The notes under the pieces are model-generated. The model was not told the origin of the DNA, searched no databases, and worked only from the letters and a program-made list of their open reading frames with translations. DNA of 64,000 nt from a virus. Positions 58,001 through 64,000 of the stretch are shown in pieces. Where the stretch lies: IMG/VR virus record IMGVR_UViG_3300046170_000299; one strand, written 5' to 3'. The position numbers were made by a program, and so were the translations under genes. Numbering within the stretch: the stretch's first letter is position 1; every line of letters begins with the position of its first letter.

Positions 58001-59294
58001 GTAGAAGTTGCAGGTGATGCAGAGATTGTTATTGAAAGAGAATTTGATCTTAAAGAAGTTGAAGTATTCTCTGTTGGTGGTCCTCTAGATCCAAAACGAG
58101 ATTATCTTGAATTCTTCTCAACAGAAGAAACAACAGCTGATGAGGTTAAAGTCTTAGATGTATATGCTGGTGGAACAGTAGTATCGGCAGAACTGCAGGA
58201 TATTATAACTACAAATTCTATCTCAACTGTTTCTAAAGCAATTACTACTACGGTTCAAGTAGAAATTCCTAATAATGCAATCAGTAATACCAATTACTTT
58301 GAGAATGCTGCATACTTGGATCTTGATCTACAGATTGGTGATAATATTGTATACATTCCTGATACAACTAAGTTTGCTCCTAATGGCAAACTAATGATTG
58401 GTAATGAGATTGTATTCTACAATAGAAAAATTACTGATAGATTCTTACAAGTCATTAGAGGTTATGATAACACCACAGAACAATTCTGGGCTGCTGGTGC
58501 ATACCTAAGACAGATTGAAGATGTAGCAGTTGTATCTGCTGCTGTTGCTTCTATCCAATCTGAATCTGATGTTAGTATGGTGAGTGCATCATCTACTGCA
58601 GGTGGATTTGAAAGGAGAGTACAGAGACAGATTTCTCCTGCCTCTGCAATGTCAGTAACAAAGAGAAGCTACTGAGGTTGTTATTACTCCTCCACCAGGT
58701 GGTGTAGTTGACAAATATCAAGAAACTGCATTCTTGACTAATCCAATTGCACAAAGAGTTGGTTCTGGTGTATTCCTTGTTTCCGCAGCAGGCAAATATT
58801 ATGTCACTCAAAGAAATGGAAATGAGCAACTAGTTAGAAACGCAGTCTTTACTACTGATAGTGGGTATATTGGAAACTATGCTATCACTAACGTTGGATA
58901 TACTATCGGTCACTTTGATGGTATTTTTGATGATGGCATGGGAGTATCTGGTATGACTATTGAAGAAGTATCAAGGTTCTTTGGTGGTTTAACTCTTGAT
59001 GATTTTACTAAGAGAAGAAAATCTCAGTATACATCTGCTGGTGATAAATTTAATCTTGCACCTCCTTCAATCCAACAACCAGTTACAACAACTACCACTG
59101 TTGGTACGATACCTACCAGCATTGCTGCGCTAAATACTGCATACTTTGATAATGCTGGTTACCTATTCACTTCGAGTGGTTCAGTAATTCAATATGCTTC
59201 TAAGACTGCTAATACCTTTGATGGATGCACTCTTATAAGAGGTAGTAACTCAATATCAAACGGGGATGAGTTGATTCCGTTCGCAATTACATAA
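49016..59294 (+). CDS. gp7: Giant baseplate wedge initiator (gp7-like), broken by four +1 bases
   Basis: ORF-track pieces 49016, 49917, 56665, 56915 and 58734 join if one base is removed at about 49985, 56620, 57041 and 58661; 10279-4=10275 nt = 3424 aa plus stop. Contains IQKFYKAKGT..SI...F and HPAGFKLFG gp7-type motifs. Confidence 0.75.
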
Positions 59295-59351
59295 ATATTG
59301 CTATAAATATAAATAACTCAGGCACAAACACTACGTCGGAACAGAAAAACA

Positions 59352-61167
59352 ATGGCTGCTATTATCTCTGATAAGTTTAGGATTTTCAATGCTAAGCAAT
59401 TTTTAGAATCGTTAACCGAAGGTCCTAACGATACCAGTGCGGAACGCTCTAGAATGTACTTCTTTGTGGGACGCCCACAACCATGGAAAGCATACGTCGA
59501 GGTTCACACACAAAATTCAACCGCGTTTGTAGTTGGTAACGAAGTGTATGTTGGAACGTATGGTTCCACCGCTTTCCGCGCCACAGTTGCTGCAGTTTAT
59601 GATAGTGCCCTACTTCTTACCGACGTTTTTGGAAGTGCTGGCGTTAACTCTGCTCCTGCTCTTGGTTCTACTTTAAAAGGTAGAAGTGGTGGTTCTGGCG
59701 GATCCGACACAGGTGCCACTGCAGTTTCTGGTGTATATCGTTACGCTACTGAAGATGTTCCACCCCTTCCTCTAGACAACCAAACAGAAAAGTATTCATT
59801 GTATGATGAAATGATCGCTGCAAAGCGTATCACAGATTCATTTGCACGTACTGTTATCCGTCGTTACAACTGGGACTTGGTAGCTAACCCCAAGTTCGAC
59901 ATGTTTAAACCCGATTACTCTGCTACTCCTGGTGGCGGTGGTCAAATCGGTAAGCAAGCTGCAACAGGTGCTGCAAGCATCGCAGATGCTAAGTTCTACG
60001 TAATGAACTCAACTTACGAAGTATTCAAGTGTCTTTACAATGGTGAAGACCCTTCTAACACAACTGGACAGAACGCAACTGAAGAACCATCTACTGCAGG
60101 TGGTAACTATGCTTCTGCTACTGGTCTCTATACTGAGACAACTGGCGCTGGTTACATTTGGAAGTATATGTACACCATTCCTACTGATGATGTTCTGAAG
60201 TTCCTTTCTTCTGACTTCATGCCAATCGTTCTTTCTAGCAATGCGTCTAGACAAGCAGTTGTAGCTCTTGCTACTGCTGGTGCTACTGATGTTGCTTTGA
60301 TTGAGAACACTGGTTCTGGTCTTCCTGCATCACAGACTCTATACACAAGTATTAAAGGTGATGGATCTGGTGGTATTGTTAAGTTTGTAACAAATGGTGC
60401 TGGTGGAATTACATCTGCTGAGATTCAAGCTCGTGGATCGGGTTACACTTACGCTAACGTTCTATTCACTAACGGCAACCTCTTCTCTGATGCTGGTTTA
60501 ACTAGTGCAGTTGCTACTGGTGCTTCTGCTGTTGGTGCTATCGAAGTAGTTCTTGCTCCTGCAGGTGGACATGGTTCTGATCATGAGACAGAACTCAATG
60601 GTAAGCGTGTTATGACAAACATCCGCCTTACTTACTCTGAAGGTCAAGGTGACTTCCCTGTAGATAACGACTTCCGTCGTATTGGTATTGTTGCTGATCC
60701 ATATAACTATGGCACTACAACTTTTGCAACCTCTGATACTCTTTCTGGTCTAAAATCCTATTAAGATTACTGGTGCTTCTGCAGACTATGCTGTTGACGA
60801 AAAAATTACTCAGACTGTAACTGGTGGTACAGCATATGGTACAGTTGTATCATGGACACTTGATAGTGGTTCTACAACTGCTGGTGTTCTGAAGTACATC
60901 CAAACTACTGATGCACATACTGATCAGGGTATTGTAAGAGCGTTTGAATCTAATGGTTCTAATGCTGTTACTGGAGAAAGTTCTACTGCTTCTGGTAATG
61001 TAGATACTTCTTATGCTTCTACACTACTAGGTGTCACATTTGCAAGTGGTTTAGCTAATCCAGAGATTGAAAATAACTCTGGTAATGTGATTTATGTTGA
61101 GAACAGAAGACTAATCACTCGTGCTCCTGACCAGATTGAAGACATCAAATTAGTAATTGAGTTCTGA
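59352..61167 (+). CDS. gp8: Baseplate wedge subunit gp8, broken by one +1 base at about 60757
   Basis: MAAIISDKFRIFNA..F, KFYVMNS.Y.VFKCL.N, Y.WKYMYTI, NDFRRIGI; the +1 frame continues to YVENRRLITRAPDQIEDIKLVIEF* (1816-1=1815 nt, 604 aa). Confidence 0.85.
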
Positions 61168-61228
61168 TACTCTTTGATTACTTCGCTAAATACTTCAACG
61201 AGAATACTAGTATTATTGGCGGAGTACG

Positions 61229-64000
61229 ATGCCTCAAAAGACGAACCTTAATGTAAGTCCTTACTACGAAGACTTTGATGCGAACAAGAATTTCTATAAG
61301 ATTCTTTTCCGTCCAGGTTATTCAATCCAAGGCAGAGAATTAACGCAGGTTCAATCTATTCTACAGAATCAGGTTGAAAGTTTTGGCAAGTATGCCTTTA
61401 AACAAGGTGAACTTGTCATACCTGGCGAAGTAGGTCTTAATACAAAATTAGATTACGTAAAACTATCGTCTGTTTCTGAGGTTGCGGTCTCGGAAGGAGA
61501 CGATATTGTTTATAAGAAATATGATATTTCACAACTAATTGGTCAACAACTAATTGGTTTAACTTCTGGTGTTAAAGCTACTATTCTCGCAACAACTTTA
61601 GCAACAGAATCTTCCGCTGATACATTATATGTAAATTACATTAATAGTGGTAGTTCCAACACAGAGGCAACCTTCCGCCAAGGTGAAACTCTAGAAGTTG
61701 TTGATGGTGTTAACACACCGCTTCTAGTTGTTGGTACAGATGGTAGTGTTCTACCAACTAGTATTCAAGTAACAAATCCAGATACTCAGGAGACTACTTC
61801 TTTAGAAAGTCCTGCAATGGGTTACGGTTCTGCTGTTAAAGTAGAAGAAGGTATTTACTTTGTCAATGGTTACTTCGTTCGTTGCAATCAAGAACTACTA
61901 GTCATTGATGAATATTACAATAAACCATCTGCAAAAATTGGTTTTACAATTAAAGAAGAGATTGTAACTCCTGAGGAAGATGCATCTCTATATGATAATG
62001 CAATTGGTTCTTCTAACTATACTGCACCTGGCGCACATAGATTAAAAATCTCTTTACAGTTAAAAGAGTTTGCGCTAAATGCAATTACTGATAAAAATTT
62101 CATTCAACTCCTCACTGTTTCTAGAGGACAAGTACAAAGCAAAGTTTCATCTACAGACTTTAGTGTTCTAGAGCAAACTCTAGCACGTAGAACATTTGAT
62201 GAATCTGGTAATTATGTTGTTGACAACTTCTCTGTTGATATTAGAGAGTGGGCACAAAAAGATAAGAACAAAGGTTTCTATGCTGTAGACGAATTTGGTC
62301 TATACAATGGATATGATGCTGGAACATCTGCTAGAAAGATGATTGCTAGTGTAGGTCCTGGTAAAGCATACATCAAGGGTTACGAGATTGTCAATAAAGA
62401 AACTAAGTATCTAGAAGTTAATAAAGCTAGAGAAAGTCTTTCTTCTGACAATGTAACTCTAAAATCTAGAGGTTTACCTTCTTACTGTATTACGAACGTA
62501 TATGGCAGTGTTCCTTTAAACAAAGAAGGATCTGAACTTACTGCATATCCTGATGTATTTTTATATTCATCATTTAATGATGGTTCTATTGGTCTTAATA
62601 ATACAGAACTTACAACAGATCATAGACAAACAATCGATAGGAGAGGAAAATTCTTCTCTGCAGATGATGGTATTAAAACTATCACACTACAAATTACAAA
62701 TCCAACTACTCTTATTGGAGCTGTAACTGACGCAACTTTCCAAACTCAGTTTGGTGAATTATTTTATATCAAGACTAGAAGTGATGTAGGAACACCAACT
62801 GCTATTGGATCATTTAAAACTCTTTCGTTTGCTACTATAAACAAACCACTTATTAATGCGTCTGTATCTGTTCAGTTCTTAGAACTAACTGTATTTGGTC
62901 CTAAAAACGAATTAGAACAACTGCTAGTAGAATATGATCTTTCTGATAATGAAAATAAGAGAAATATTTATTTAACTGAAGGTGATGCTGCAGCAGATGG
63001 AACTGAATTTGGTTTTGTTGTAGATTACAGTAACACAATTACTCCTATCATTGGTAAGGTAAAACCAAATAATTTCTTCTTAAAAGAAAGAGGTTCAGGT
63101 TTTAATTCAGATTCTGATATTGTTCTTTCCAAAGGTCGTTTAGCTGCTGGAACTAATGCATACAATACAACGTTTGGAATTTCTTATTTCGACCCACAGT
63201 TCTTCACCAAGATTATTGTTGAGACAACTCCAGCTGGATATGATGAAGGTAAATATGTTTTTGGTGTAGATAGCGGAGCTTATGGTGTTGTAGAAGGAAC
63301 ACCTTCAGGTGTATACACTACAGGAACTATTCTGTTTGTAACAACATTATCTGGTAGATTTTTACCTGGCGAAACAATTAGAGATGAAGATGGTAATACT
63401 GTAAGAATTGCCAGAGAAAATACTATCTCTCATTTTATTGTACAGAATAGAGGTTTAGGATACGCAGATGGCGTAACACTTTTAATTAATGGATTGGAGT
63501 ATGATAATTCCAAAGTTGAATTACTAAAGAGTATTGATGGAAAAATTTATAAAGCAGCGATTACTAATAGATCTGCTGTTAATGTAGAGTATGCACAACC
63601 ACCAGCTGTAACAGCTAAGAATCCAGATTCTGCTGGAGCTCCAAATTCAGCTGCTGCTATTGTTCCAGTTCTTTATAGAGATACAGTAACTACATATACC
63701 CCACAGAATGTCAAGTCTCTTGGTTGTTCTTATGGTTCAGGAAATGCAAATAGTTTCTCTGCAGACGTTGCAATTGATAGTCAAAAGTATTCAGAAATTA
63801 AAACTGTAACAAATTATACATTCTTTGGTACTCAGGGTTCTACTTTTGTTGAGTCCACTAGTTTCAGTGCTGATGCATCTACCGATGTACAACAAGGAGA
63901 TCTAATTCAATTCTCTGATGACGATAACAACCTAGTTCGTTCAATTGTACAATTTGCTACACAACAAGAGGGAGCATATAAATCTAGAATTTATCTAGAT
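61229..64000 (+). CDS. DUF4815/VrlC-like large structural protein, 3'-partial
   Basis: MPQKTNLNVSPYYEDFD.NKNFYKILFRPG..IQ.RELTQ.QSILQNQ; APGAHRLKI; open to the window end. Confidence 0.85.
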   Translation, partial: MPQKTNLNVSPYYEDFDANKNFYKILFRPGYSIQGRELTQVQSILQNQVESFGKYAFKQGELVIPGEVGLNTKLDYVKLSSVSEVAVSEGDDIVYKKYDISQLIGQQLIGLTSGVKATILATTLATESSADTLYVNYINSGSSNTEATFRQGETLEVVDGVNTPLLVVGTDGSVLPTSIQVTNPDTQETTSLESPAMGYGSAVKVEEGIYFVNGYFVRCNQELLVIDEYYNKPSAKIGFTIKEEIVTPEEDASLYDNAIGSSNYTAPGAHRLKISLQLKEFALNAITDKNFIQLLTVSRGQVQSKVSSTDFSVLEQTLARRTFDESGNYVVDNFSVDIREWAQKDKNKGFYAVDEFGLYNGYDAGTSARKMIASVGPGKAYIKGYEIVNKETKYLEVNKARESLSSDNVTLKSRGLPSYCITNVYGSVPLNKEGSELTAYPDVFLYSSFNDGSIGLNNTELTTDHRQTIDRRGKFFSADDGIKTITLQITNPTTLIGAVTDATFQTQFGELFYIKTRSDVGTPTAIGSFKTLSFATINKPLINASVSVQFLELTVFGPKNELEQLLVEYDLSDNENKRNIYLTEGDAAADGTEFGFVVDYSNTITPIIGKVKPNNFFLKERGSGFNSDSDIVLSKGRLAAGTNAYNTTFGISYFDPQFFTKIIVETTPAGYDEGKYVFGVDSGAYGVVEGTPSGVYTTGTILFVTTLSGRFLPGETIRDEDGNTVRIARENTISHFIVQNRGLGYADGVTLLINGLEYDNSKVELLKSIDGKIYKAAITNRSAVNVEYAQPPAVTAKNPDSAGAPNSAAAIVPVLYRDTVTTYTPQNVKSLGCSYGSGNANSFSADVAIDSQKYSEIKTVTNYTFFGTQGSTFVESTSFSADASTDVQQGDLIQFSDDDNNLVRSIVQFATQQEGAYKSRIYLD

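Noticed and set aside
9080-64000. Possible introns, inteins or diversity-generating retroelement in the large genes
   Set aside because: No intein splice motifs, group I cores, reverse transcriptase or TR/VR pair seen; all frame breaks are single-base.

Overview
This window is a 64-kb segment of a T4-like marine cyanomyovirus genome (Synechococcus/Prochlorococcus host; roughly 38% GC by eye), with essentially all real genes on the + strand. Layout: baseplate hub genes (<1-3.4 kb); a small accessory/tRNA region (OMP-like gene, glutaredoxin-like gene, cpeT, tRNA-Leu(TAA), tRNA-Thr(TGT), probable manA RNA, ParB-like gene, HNH) at 3.4-9 kb; a 4768-aa fibre-like protein, three tail-collar fibre proteins and a fibre chaperone (9-31.9 kb); a hyperplastic early/middle region of small ORFs with pyrE and 2OG-Fe(II) oxygenases (31.9-43.5 kb); and a late baseplate cluster (PAAR, gp25, gp6, gp7-like, gp8, DUF4815/VrlC-like; 43.6-64 kb). 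The most interesting part is the early region. About 13 promoter cassettes share a dyad, usually 28-31 nt upstream of the -10 box, with sequence-variable hairpins over the -35 region and leaderless or A/C-rich starts. One cassette carries a SAM-lyase-like gene translationally coupled to an unannotated, apparently orphan HicA-like toxin. Other highlights are a nested AbrB-like/histone-like gene pair, a leaderless 14-codon peptide running into a 25-bp hairpin, and several candidate structured RNAs. Six single-base +1 frame breaks (four in gp7, one in gp8, one at 5136) are most likely homopolymer sequencing errors. Family assignments come from motif recognition only; no searches were run.
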